A DNA stretch of 63,822 nt, filler included, from Octopus bimaculoides (lineage: Eukaryota), in the NCBI RefSeq assembly GCF_001194135.2. It is 9 parts of 8 records of this genome, joined end to end, with 100 filler letters (N's around TTAATTAATTAA, not from the genome) between each part and the next. Parts side by side here need not be neighbours in the genome. Positions count along the whole stretch, not along the records: positions 45,686 to 52,071 come from NC_068985.1; positions 52,172 to 56,871 come from NC_069004.1; positions 56,972 to 61,396 come from NC_068981.1; positions 61,497 to 63,822 come from NC_068999.1; 5 more parts are not named here. The stretch is one strand, 5' to 3'. This document shows, in pieces, positions 51,124-62,241 of the stretch. The position numbers and the translations under genes were made by a program. Below the pieces are notes generated by a model. The model worked only from the letters and a program-made list of their open reading frames with translations. It was not told the origin of the DNA and did no database searches. Position 1 is the stretch's first letter, and every line of letters starts with the position of its first letter.

Positions 51124-51285
51124 TTTATTGAAAAGAGCAAAAATATCACAAAGGCCGTTACTCAGAGTTTCACGTCCCCGTCCGTCGAACAGTTTTGTTT
51201 AGATTCTAAACAAAACTATCCGACGAACGGGAACGTGAAACTCTGAGTAACAGTTTTTGTGATATTTTTGCTGATTTTCAATAAA
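51124..51285. repeat. 162-bp near-perfect palindrome made of two head-to-head hammerhead-containing pLTR segments
   Basis: The centre is TTTAGA-T-TCTAAA (51198-51210). The + arm is AAAACTAT-CCGACGA-ACGGGAACGT-GAAACTCTGAGTA-ACAGTTTT, and the - arm is the same motif with different substitutions. Confidence 0.85.
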
Positions 51286-51399
51286 GCATATTACTCTACT
51301 TCTGGTTATCGAGTACTATTTTTTCCACCTTGTTTCGTATTTATGCGCTTACTCCGGTATATATATATATATATATATATNNNNNNNNNNTATATATAT

Positions 51400-51890
51400 A
51401 AGACAAAATGAGATAACAAAGCCAAGGCTGTGAGGAGTTTTCAGGACATTTATAAGGAAAGAGATACAGATATAGTCTTACAGCTGTTTCTGGAATATTG
51501 GGGATATCCCTTCATCAGAGACGATGTGAGATGGTTAAATAGAGGTAAATATTTAAGATCGAAATAAGGAATTATTATGGAAATGGAGGAGCTAGGAAAT
51601 ACAGAGGGAAATAAGAGAATGAAAGTAGAAATAAAATATAAAATAAAATATAATATTCTGTAATATAATATCGACTTACATTTTCTTATATCCCTCTATA
51701 TTCCCTATCTCCTCCTTTTCCATAATAATTCCTTATTTCGAACTCAAATATTTACCTCTATTTAACCATCTCACATCATCCATAATATCTATAATATCAG
51801 CTGTAAGACTATATATATATATATATATCTTTCAATATGAATGTCCTGAAAATTCCCCACAACGTTGGCTTTGTTATCTCATTTTGTCAA
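51400..51890. repeat. About 490-bp imperfect palindrome (inverted pLTR pair) with an intact hammerhead on the minus strand
   Basis: 51400-51460 pairs with 51825-51890, and 51470-51640 pairs with 51660-51815. Confidence 0.8.
51472..51525 (-). ncRNA. Minimal type-I hammerhead ribozyme with an intact core
   Basis: The reverse complement is GTCT-CTGATGA-A-GGGATAT-CCCCA-ATATTCC-A-GAAACAGCTGTA-AGAC. Stem I is GTCT/AGAC, stem II is 7 bp, stem III is palindromic ACAGCTGT, and the cleavage triplet is GUA. Confidence 0.75.
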
Positions 51891-52040
51891 ATATATGTAT
51901 ATATGCATGCTAATACAAGACCCACATTAGACTCCTCACTCGAATCACTATCGAACCAAGATTTTAACTACGGTCTGTCCATAGCACTTAGCGTTACCTG
52001 CCACTCACTGGGTTTTCTAGAAACCAATACCTTTCATATA

Positions 52041-52071
<31 letters not shown>

Positions 52072-52419
52072 NNNNNNNNNNNNNNNNNNNNNNNNNNNNN
52101 NNNNNNNNNNNNNNNTTAATTAATTAANNNNNNNNNNNNNNNNNNNNNNNNNNNNNNNNNNNNNNNNNNNNTATATATATATTGGATATTGCTCTTATAA
52201 ACAGCTGGTAATATACACAAGTGTTTGCAATTCTGTCATTGGTCGAAGAGAATATATTCAAAAAGTTGTTGAGGAACTTTGTGGTGATTCGTGTACTATC
52301 AAACGCCCTATTGAGGAAACCTACCTCTAAAAATATAGTCAAACGAACATGTGTGAAAACAAAATGCCGAAACAGAACCACAGAAATATATGGAGTCTGT
52401 AAAAAAACGTTGCGATAAA

Positions 52420-52565
52420 TACTCTTTTACTTGTTTCAGTCATTTGACTGCGGCCATGCTGGAGCACCGCCTTTAGTCGAGCAAATCGACCCCAGGACTT
52501 ATTCTTTGTAAACCCTTATTCTATCGGTCTTTTTTGCCGAACCGCTAGGTTACGGGGACGTAAAC
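52420..52565 (-). mobile_element. SINE family B tail
   Basis: TTTCAGTCATTTGACTGCGGCCATGCTGGAGCACCGCC...GAACCGCTAGGTTACGGGGACGTAAAC, as in 16170 and 54700. Confidence 0.85.
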
Positions 52566-53028
52566 AATGTTTAGAATTCCAATAAATGTCTATTTTTTTA
52601 AGGATGAATTTCTTTCAAAATATCAAATTATTGCGACTATTATCAGCATGAAGTGATAAAATTCAATAAAATTAATAAAGGTTTTCTACCTCTTCTTGGA
52701 AAACATCTTTGCGTCAATTGATGCATTCTGGTCCTTAAAGGTAGGTGAAAAGCCCGGTCCTTCTAATGTTAAATGCCAAACTTCCATGGCTTAAAAACTT
52801 TAAAAGTTATAAAGGATAGGCATACAGAGACCATTAGAGGGAGTGGGACTTTGTAAGTAATGGACACATCGCGAGGACATTAAACTTAAGTTCGACCATA
52901 TTTTTCCTCGAAGATCTTGAGAAATGTAAAAACGAAAAAGCTTAATGCTACAAAACTATTCAAAACTGCCATGAAAAATGATTAGAAATGACTAGAAAAC
53001 ACTGGGGAACATATTTAAGGTATAACAC

Positions 53029-54360
53029 AGGTATGCTGTGTGGTTAAGAAGTTTGCTTTGCAACCACGTGGTTTCGGGTTCAATCCCACTGTATGGCATC
53101 TTGGGTAGGTGTCTTCTACTACAGCCCCCAGGCCGACCAAAGCCTAGTGAATGAATCTGGTAGACGAAAACTCAGTGGAAGCCCGTTATATACACACACT
53201 TACATACACACACACACTTGCATACACACACACATAATTGCATACATACACACACATGTATGTATGCATATAGTTATGCATGTATGTATATATATATATA
53301 TATATGCTTGTATGTATGTGTGCATGTGTGTGCGTATGCATATATGTATGTATATGAGGACTTGACACAGCCCTTAAATCGCAGCCTTGGTTTCTGCCAG
53401 GGTTTCTTTCCACTAACAAGTTCCCCATATAGCATCTGTTTAGGGATCCTGCTATCCTTCATTCTAATAAGGTGTCCAATCCAACGGAACTGGCGCTTGT
53501 GCACTATCGCCACAATACTCAAGATATCAGCTTTCCTCAAGACCTGTAAGTCTGGAGTTTTTAAGGTCCAGCCAACATTCAGAATGTGTCTCAGACATCT
53601 CTGATAGAAGCGTTCAAGGGCCTTTCCATGAGGTTTGTAAAGGGTCCAGTTCTCACATGAGTAAAGGAGCGATGTCAGTACACATGAACAGTGCACAGCA
53701 ATTTAATTAAAGACCTGTGATATGCAGGAGACTGACTGGGAGAGCAATGCCTGTCATCGCCACAGATAGAGGAAGCAGGTTAAGGAAGGGGTTGACACCT
53801 TTGAAAAAGCACATATTCTTCATGAAGAATTTAAGTGTGCTGCTCGAAAGCGCACTGCTGGTGTAGTGAATGGAGAAAGCTTGGTTTGCAATGTTTGCAG
53901 CGGTGTATGCTTGTCAAGAGCAGGGCTCATTAGCCACCAACGGAGCCGCAAATGCAAAATATAAGTTAGTCCCAGAGCGCACAATGTTCTTAAAGGTCAG
54001 CAATGGTCTTTCTCGGTCACGAATGGACGGCCATCATGTATGTATATATATGCACGCATGTATATATGTGTGTGTGTATTCGTGTTTATATTTATGCATG
54101 CTTGTAAATATGTATGGATGTTATTGTTTGTCTTTCTGTCTATGTTTGTTCCATCACCGCTTAACAACCGGTGTTGGTTTGTTCAAGTCTCCGCAACCTA
54201 GTTGTTCGGTAAAATAGACCGATAAAATAAGTATCAGACTTTAAAAAAAAAAAAAGAATAAATAAGTACTGGAATCGTTTATTCGTTGAAAACTCTTCAA
54301 GGTGGTGCCCCAGTATGGACGCAGTTCAATGAACGAAAGAATGAAAGGATAAAAAATAAA
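53029..54360 (+). mobile_element. SINE family B split by an RTE insertion in its internal microsatellite
   Basis: The head at 53029-53187 and the tail at about 54135-54360 match the two halves of the intact copy at 58545-58963. Confidence 0.8.
53356..54035. mobile_element. RTE (BovB-like) LINE 3' fragment with an inverted 5' part
   Basis: Minus strand 53356-53700: LLYSCENWTLY...FYQRCLRHILNV.W...QFRWIGHLIRMKDSRIPKQMLYGEL..G...RLRFKGCVKSS. Plus strand 53707-54035: LKTCDMQETDWE...CNVCSGVCLSRAGLISHQR, then the 3' UTR. Flanked by ATGTATGTATAT at 53344-53355 and 54036-54047. Confidence 0.85.
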
Positions 54361-54689
54361 AGATGAAATTGTGTATGAGATCAATAACGAAGAGACCGAA
54401 TTCTATTGTTGTTAACTGTAGCCTGGCATGACGCGTGCTTGTTGAGCAGCTGATACGCATGGTTCGATATAATTATAATGGAAAAGCCTGCATCACATTA
54501 TATAAACACTATTATCGATATCGCAACGACCTTGCTCAACAAAATACGAGTTCTGGGTGTAACATAAGCTTTCATTGGAAAAAATAACGTAGCTGCAGTG
54601 TGAGCCGCCCCACACAGCCCTTCAGTTTGCTGCCTCCCTCACTCCAAGGGTCTCAAAGAGAGGGTTCTTTTTATTTTTTATTGTATCTT

Positions 54690-54985
54690 TCACTTGTTTC
54701 AGTCATTAGACTGCGGCCATGCTGGAGCACTGCCTTGAAGAATTTTTAGTCGAACGATTCGATTCCAGTACTTGTATTTATTTTTTTAAAGGCGGGTAAT
54801 TATTCTATTGATTGTTGTTTTTTTGCCGACTCGCTAAGTTACAGGGACATAAACACACCAACACCGGTTGTCAAGCGGTGGTAGGGGGCGAACACAAACA
54901 CAAAGACACACACACACACACACACACATGAATATATACATATATACGACGGGGTTCTTTCAGTTTCCATCTACCAAATGCCAGC
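54690..54985 (-). mobile_element. SINE family B, tail plus partial head
   Basis: Same tail as 52420, followed by (CA)n and ATACGACGGG..CTTTCAGTTTCC.TCTACCAAAT. Confidence 0.85.
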
Positions 54986-55439
54986 GTTCTTTAAAAAACA
55001 TTAATTAACAAGTGTACAAAACTACCGTATATACTTATGTAAAAATTGCCCCCTGCTTTTGGTAAAAAAATTAAATAAAATCCTGTAAGTTAGCATATAT
55101 CTCTTGTAAAAACCCAGCAGATCAACAGTTACAAATAAAGCGATTATCTCATACATAAATGTTAAACTTGTCATCTTTGTGTTGTGATTACAATTCACAG
55201 TGGCGTAGTTAACAGGAGAGTAAGGTGAATGACTGCTCTCACCAAGCACATTTTCAAAATTGGCACCTTTTCAATAATTGAGAAATGGGCCAAAAATTAT
55301 TTGGTGTGTCTCACGACAATTCATATAAATGTTTTGCACAGATTTTTTAAAGCTTATCATCAATGCCAGGCCACAACGTTTTAAATTTTCGCCGTGAAAT
55401 TGTGTGAAAACGCTCTCTAGAAAAGAAAATCACAACTTT

Positions 55440-56870
55440 ACAGCCAGTTTGGATCTAGTTCAAAACGGGGGCACCAGTATTTTCTTAACGAAACACTTTG
55501 AAACTTGGGACACTGGTAGAATGTGTCATATAAAACATCTTTTTCTCTTAGTCNNNNNNNNNNNNNNNNNNNNNNNNNNNNNNNNNNNNNNNNNNNNNNN
55601 NNNNNNNNNNNNNNNNNNNNNNNNNNNNNNNNNNNNNNNNNNNNNNNNNNNNNNNNNNNNNNNNNNNNNNNNNNNNNNNNNNNNNNNNNNNNNNNNNNNN
55701 NNNNNNNNNNNNNNNNNNNNNNNNNNNNNNNNNNNNNNNNNNNNNNNNNNNNNNNNNNNNNNNNNNNNNNNNNNNNNNNNNNNNNNNNNNNNNNNNNNNN
55801 NNNNNNNNNNNNNGGCTAGGGTTAGGGAAAACGAACACACGTGTGTTGCCTCTCTGCAAAATGTCAGAAGTAATGGAGATTAAATACGCTTTACACCGCT
55901 TAAACTGCCAAAGGAGTAACTGTAAACAGCTGAATACTTGTCAGTGATTGGTTGAAATTATCGAAATAAGACAATTTTTTACATGAAATTAATTCGAATA
56001 CAAAATTTTTTTTCTGTTCTATAACACAAAATATCTATTTTGAAAGTCTTTCGGTACCAAAAACACTACATAAAACATAAATGAAAACTGGTGCCCCCGT
56101 TTTGAACTAGATCCGCCAGTTTTTAAAGTTTAAAAGTTGATCGAAGTTGCCTTGGAGAGAAATAACTGGGTTGTGGGAAGAGAATTTTGTTGTTTATGAG
56201 AATCTAGTGAGAGACAAGAAAATGATTCAAACTTGAGACAATGCCAAATTACGGTAAGAGAAGTTAACTAAACAAGTGTCCAGAATTAGCGAGAAAACTT
56301 GTAAACAGTGATGTAACTAATAGAGAAGTTAGGAGAACGACCGCTCCAACCAAGGACATTCTTCAAAAATTGGCGCCTTTTCAACAATTAAAAAAAACTC
56401 TTTAGTTCGCTTGTGTGATAAAAGTTGAATCTTTTTTTTTTCTTTTTTTAATCGAGTGGCCTAGGAAGAACTTTCTGGAGTCATTACTTTATTTGACCAA
56501 CCTCCAGTGTTTTTGAACTGTTTTGTTCAATCTCTTGTGATGTGATGGTGGCCGCTGTCATCTGAAGAATCAAAACAAACCTCAAGGCCAAATTCTCTGG
56601 CGTCTCTATTTATTTCCGTCTTCCCTGTGGTTTGATTAAGTACCATTGGTATACAAATTAATCTACTGAAGTTCTTTTGGATCTTTTTTAAAACGGGGGC
56701 CACATTTTTCATTAATGAAACACTTTGAAACTTGGAACACTGGTAGAATGTGTCATATAAAACATCTTTTTCTCTTAGTCTTCTTTAAAAAAAAAAGAAA
56801 TCTCTAAGTTATTCCATGTTAAAGTTGTCGTATTTCTGTAATTTCAACCAATCACTGATGTCCATTCAGC
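55440..56870. mobile_element. Cluster of long-TIR MITE-like fragments
   Basis: GGATCTAGTTCAAAACGGGGGCACCAG at 55451 is inverted at 56085-56113. A segment of about 90 bp (55460-55553) recurs directly at 56690-56780, and 56825-56870 is inverted at 55930-55975. Confidence 0.65.
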
Positions 56871-56971
56871 CNNNNNNNNNNNNNNNNNNNNNNNNNNNNN
56901 NNNNNNNNNNNNNNNTTAATTAATTAANNNNNNNNNNNNNNNNNNNNNNNNNNNNNNNNNNNNNNNNNNNN

Positions 56972-57340
56972 TCAATACCAGCAGATGACAACGTTTCTCT
57001 AAAAGAAATGGAAAAACTTTCAAAATACAAAGACCTGGAAATAGAGATAACTCGAATGTGGAATCTAAAAACAGAAACAATTCCTATCATAGTAGGTGCC
57101 TTAGGTATAATAAAAAAATATTCAGACAAATACATAACAAAAACACCAGGACTTACAAATATATATAACATACAGAAAATTGCACTACTGGGTACTGCAC
57201 ACATTCTACGAAAAACACTTTCAATACAGTAAACATAAGAGCACCACAGCAAACCACAGCACATACCCAAGGCGCACAGAGCTGCGCTCGGTAGTGAAGT
57301 GAAAGCACGTTATAAAAATAAAACTACTGAATAATAATAA
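56972..57340 (+). mobile_element. R4/Dong LINE 3' end with UTR and (TAA)n tail
   Basis: EKLSKYKDLEIEITRMWNLKTETIPIIVGALG...IQKIALLGTAHILRKTLSIQ*, then the UTR and (AAT)n. Confidence 0.9.
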
Positions 57341-57344
57341 TAAT

Positions 57345-57810
57345 AATAATCAAAATCATCATGACAATGTGGCAAGAATGCTCCATTGGGAGCTCTATGG
57401 AAATTACGGCCTAGACGGAGCAAAGACGTGGTGTGAGCAAAACCCAGAAGGAGACACCGGGAATAAGAATTGCAAAATCCTGTGGGATACAATCATATAG
57501 TGCAATCACCTAACCAGACATCAGAAACTGGACGTTACTGTGGTGAATATAAAAGAAAGAACATGCATGATAATCGACATAGCAAGTCCCGGTGACGACA
57601 AGATTAAAGAGACAGAAGAAGAAAAACTAAACAACTATGACTATCTGAAGTGGGAAATACGAAGTTTATGGTCAATGAGTACAGTAGACGTGATACCAGT
57701 AGTACTTGGCGCACTTGGAAGTATCAGTACTCAACTACCAACATGGTTGAAGAATATTGGTGAACGTGTGAAGGTAGAAAACCTACAAAAATCAGCATTA
57801 CTTGGAACTA
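57345..57810 (+). mobile_element. Second R4/Dong fragment (zinc-knuckle end plus RLE), different subfamily, head-to-tail with the first
   Basis: HDNVARMLHWELYG, KILWD, HQKLD, CMIIDIASPGDDKIKETEEEKLNNYDYLKWEIRSLW...VIPVVLGALG...LQKSALLGT. Confidence 0.85.
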
Positions 57811-57849
57811 TATATATCATATGCATATATGGGTACAGGACGTCACCAA

Positions 57850-58500
57850 CAGTAAACAACATGAATTACGAAAATAAATGAGTTAAATATGCAAATAAGG
57901 AGAGGGAAAAATGGAAAACATGACAAGTAATAAAAACAATACAAAGAACGACCGTTCATCACTTATGGGCTGTCTATCTATTCCCCATTTCGAGCAAGAA
58001 ACGACAATATGAGTCTGCGAAGACAGTTGCTCCCATAAATACCAAAATAAAATTTGGGATTTATGGAGGGTCAAGTTAGGAATAAAAACAGGGCAGTGGA
58101 GACATACAGGGAAACCGAACGAAAACAAACATGGAGGGTCCTTAGACCTGAACGAGGAAAAAATAGTGAACTCCGAGAGAAATATTTTTTTTGAAAAGGG
58201 AAAAGATACAAGAGAGAGCTGCGAAACGTCCAGTCTTTAGAAGGTCTGTGAAGGAAACAAAGATGGTCACGTGAAGAAAAGAAAGATGGACGATGGTCAA
58301 GTGTGAGCAGCGAGAGAGTGAAAGAAAAAGAGAAAGAGGAGGAGAGAGACAGACAGAAAACGTTGAAAGGGAAAAAGGGAATTAGAGGACATGGGGGAGA
58401 AAACAGTATAGAGTAGAGTCGCATCAAAAAGGTTAAGATAAACTTACTTGGAAATGGATGCGTGGTGTTCAATTAAATAATGATATAAATAATATATATA
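57850..58500 (+). repeat. Purine-rich unclassified repeat (same 3' end as 10240-11330)
   Basis: Shared terminal motif of about 50 bp at 58446. Confidence 0.55.
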
Positions 58501-58544
58501 TGCATATATATGTGTGTGTGTGTTTATGTCTATATACATACGTA

Positions 58545-58963
58545 TGCATGTAAGTGGCTGTGTGGTAAGTAGCTTGCTTACCAACCACATGGTTCCGGGT
58601 TCATTCCCACTGCGTGGCACCTTGGGTAAGTATCTCCTACTATAGCCTCGGGCCGACCAAAGACTTATGAGTGGATTTTGGTAGACGGAAACTGAAAGAA
58701 GCCCGTCGTATACATGTATATATATATATGTATGTATGTGTTTATGTTTGTGTGTATGTGTTTGTTCCCCCAGCATCACTTGACAACCGATGGTGGTGTG
58801 TTTACGTCCCCATAACTTAGCAGTTCGGCAAAAGAGACCGATAGAATAAGTACTAGGCTTCTAAACAATAAGTCGTGGGGTTGATTTGTTCGACTAAAGG
58901 TGGTGCTCCAGCATGGCCGCAGTCAAATGACTGAAACCAGTAAAAGAGTAAAAGAGTAAAGAG
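58545..58963 (+). mobile_element. Full-length SINE family B
   Basis: tRNA-like head (TGTGTGGTAAG...CCGGGTTCATTCCC), internal (TA/TG)n, conserved tail, and a (GTAAAAGA)n 3' repeat. Confidence 0.9.
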
Positions 58964-59814
58964 TGTATATATATATATATATATATATNNNNNNNNNNNN
59001 NNNNNNNNNNNNNNNNNNNNNNNNNNNNNNNNNNNNNNNNNNNNNNNNNNNNNNNNNNNNNTATATAAATCTCCCTATGTGTGTTTATATATATCTATAT
59101 ATATGGGTGGAGAGAGGGGGAAAGTGAGAGAGTGGGAATAGCAGAAAGTAGATCATTCCTGACTTTATATAAAATGACATTTTCTTCGCGTATTTTAGAC
59201 TCTACAAGAAAATCCGATTGATTTATCTATGGCAACCGAGCCATTGACACAAACATACTGTTTCTATTTTTGAATGTACGTCATTAATATATGACAAAAA
59301 CTTATAAGTAATGTCATAAACATATGCACAAAGATATTTTTAATTCTTTAAAATGAAAAGTAAAATATAAATGAAAAGAATATAGCAGGACATCTTCCTT
59401 GAAATTATATGAATATAAAAGAGACTATATATACGTATAAGAAAGAAAAGAAAATTTTATTCGAGGAAGTGTTGCTTAAAATTTTAGAGTAATTGTTTAT
59501 AATTTTATGTTTGCCTTTATCTTCTTTGTTTGCCTTTGCATGATTCATAATTCTGGTTTATTTTTTCTATGCACAATCTACTGATTTGAATTCGTAACAT
59601 ACTGAAATTTTACAATGACCGATCTTTAACCAAGAATTCCGTATGACAATAAAAATAACTTCACTTGTACTTTTACAATTCTATAATATTAATGTTCTAC
59701 TGATATAGTTGGTTGGCATAAATAATTCTCAAACGTACGTATACGTGTATGTATGTATGTATGTATGTATGTATGTATGCATCTGTGTATGTACGTTATT
59801 CTAAATAAACATGT

Positions 59815-60480
59815 TAAGCTGGGAGAATCATTGGCATGCCGGACAAATGCTTGGTGACATTCACATTGATTCCTCACGTTCTGAGTTTAAACTCTACTGA
59901 GTTCGAGTTTGTCCTTCATCCTTTCGGGGCCGATGAAAGAAATATTATTTGAGCACTGGGATCGATGTTATGTTGTTGTTGGCAAGGGTCCCAGTTGATC
60001 CGATCAACGGAACAGCCTGCTCGTGAAATTAACGTGCAAGTGGCTGAGCACTCCACAGTCACGTGTACCCTTACCGCAGTTCTCGGGGATATTCAGCGTG
60101 ACACAGTGTGACAAGGCTGACCCTTTGAATTACAGGCACAACAGAAACAGGAAGTAAGAGTGAGAGAAAGTTGTGGTGGAAGAGTACAGAAGGGTTCGCC
60201 ACCATCCCCTGCCGGAGCCTCGTGGAGCTTTAGGTGTTTTCGCTTAATAAACACTCACAACGCCCGGTCTGGGAATCGAAACCGCGATCCTTTGACCGCG
60301 ACTCCGCTGTTCTAACCACTGGGCCATTGTGCCTCCACGGGATCGATGTAATAGACTTCCATTCAACACCAAATTACAGGCCTATGCTTGACTTCGCCTT
60401 TCATCACTCTCGCAGTCGATAAAATAAGTAACATTCAAGTACAGGGGTAGATTTAATCGACTTACCTCTTCCCTCAAAAT
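59815..60480 (+). mobile_element. SINE family C host, interrupted by a family D insertion
   Basis: The head is at 59815-59968 and the body resumes at 60339. Confidence 0.7.
59969..60338 (-). mobile_element. Full-length SINE family D with an 11-bp TSD
   Basis: The reverse-complement head is GTGGAGGCACAATGGCCCAGTGGTTAG...GGTTTCGATTCCC and the tail is (CAA)n. GGGATCGATGT occurs at 59958-59968 and 60339-60349. Confidence 0.9.
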
Positions 60481-60999
60481 TGCTGGCCCTCAGAGAATGA
60501 ATTATAAATGAATGTACCCATGGCGTTTAATTTCCAAGGTTAGTGAATTTTGAAGTATATTATCTACTATGCTCCTCCCTATAGCATTTACTAGAAGAAA
60601 TGAAGATTAATGAGTGAACAGACTGGCTAAGGTACAGAAGATATATGGCCAGACACCTTGAAAAAATAGGAAGAAAAAAAGAAGACAAAGGAAACAATGC
60701 GCCGCTGACTAACGTTGTTGAAACAGCCAATTACCCACTCATATGTAGTGTGGATAAATCTAAGTATAAAATCTTGTGTTACTCGACCATCCGCGAATTG
60801 GCAGCTGGGCAAGGGAAATGGTTATCCGATTCCCTTAGAATGAGATATAGCCACGACCAAACTATATGTCATAGCCTCTTTTTAAACAGACGTGACATAA
60901 GTGAAATTTCGTCCGTACTTTTTGTAGGTCTAGTGAGCAGGTTGTAGCTTCGTTGCTGGCCCTTCAGCGTATACACGATATTAGATATATATATATTTA

Positions 61000-61395
61000 C
61001 TTTATGCCATAAGGTGTGAAGGGTACCACAAAGAATACATAGGGCAAACGAGCCTTACTCTCAGAGAAAGGATGACAGTCCACCGCCAACAATTGAGGGA
61101 TCCCACCACAAGACAGATACCACTCAGTGGGCACTTAGATCTGTGTGCACAAAACAAGTCCCCCAAATTCCTAGTTTTCCCATTATACCAATGCTCAGAC
61201 AACACCACTGACCAAACACGAATAAATAGGGAAAATAATCTTATTCAAAAATACAGACCACAGCTCAACATACTCTAACGTAAGCCCCCTCCCCAGGTGC
61301 ACGCCCAAAACAAAGACACACAGATACGCAAAATCACACACATCAATACAATGCAAACCTCCGACACGAACACACTTACACACATATATACACAC
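61000..61395 (+). mobile_element. Penelope-like GIY-YIG endonuclease C-terminus plus the start of a pLTR
   Basis: CEGYHKEYIGQTSLTLRERMTVHRQQLRDPTTRQIPLSGHLDLC...F.VFPLY...RINRENNLIQKYRPQLN (YIGQT...R...H...E...LN pattern). Confidence 0.85.
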
Positions 61396-61496
61396 ANNNN
61401 NNNNNNNNNNNNNNNNNNNNNNNNNNNNNNNNNNNNNNNNTTAATTAATTAANNNNNNNNNNNNNNNNNNNNNNNNNNNNNNNNNNNNNNNNNNNN

Positions 61497-61528
<32 letters not shown>

Positions 61529-61539
61529 TATAATATATT

Positions 61540-61830
61540 TTACTTGTTTCAATCATGAGATACCGACTATTATTTGGGCACTGCCTTCAAGAAATTCGAC
61601 ACGGTAACTTACCTTTTAAAACTTAGTATTTATTCTATCGGTCTAAGTGACGGGGACGTAAACCAACCAACACCAGTTGTCAAGCGATGGTGGAGGACAA
61701 ACACAAAGGCACACACACACACACACGTTACTGATTAGTCAGTGCTTATATCACCTGTCACCCGATATATATATACACATGTACAATAGAAAACATTTGT
61801 CCAAGGTGCCACACAGCTACGCCTGCACAC
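61540..61830 (-). mobile_element. Diverged SINE family B
   Basis: Decayed tail motif, plus head remnant TTGTCCAAGGTGCCAC.CAG at about 61800. Confidence 0.65.
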
Positions 61831-62177
61831 ACACACATACACTTTACAGACAAGAAAGTAAATTGTAAGCGTAGTATAGCCGTAAGAATAGCAGAGAAAT
61901 ATTGGTTATTAACCCTTAGAAGACGGAAAGAAGTTGCCAGCAGGCGCCTACGGGAGTCGAGCACATACCCCTTAGATTGAGTACTCTGACTGGATGAGTG
62001 CTTTGACTCACATAGCCATCTACTGGCAACCTTTTATCGTGTTATAAAGATTAATAACCAATCATTCTCTGCTGTTTTCACAGCTATACTGCATTCGGAA
62101 CTCACTTCCTTGTCTGTAAAATACCAACAACACTTGACGCTTCCAAACTTTGTTCGTAATACACACACACAAACACA

Positions 62178-62241
<64 letters not shown>

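Noticed and set aside
55814-55825. GGCTAGGGTTAGGG telomere-like sequence at a gap edge
   Set aside because: Fewer than two full units are visible, and the rest is hidden in Ns.
18244-61452. Eight identical TTAATTAATTAA motifs, each flanked by Ns, which could look like a dispersed regulatory repeat or array
   Set aside because: Each sits in a 100-bp N44-12mer-N44 block, and the 12-mer has stop codons in all six frames. It is an assembly spacer, not biology.
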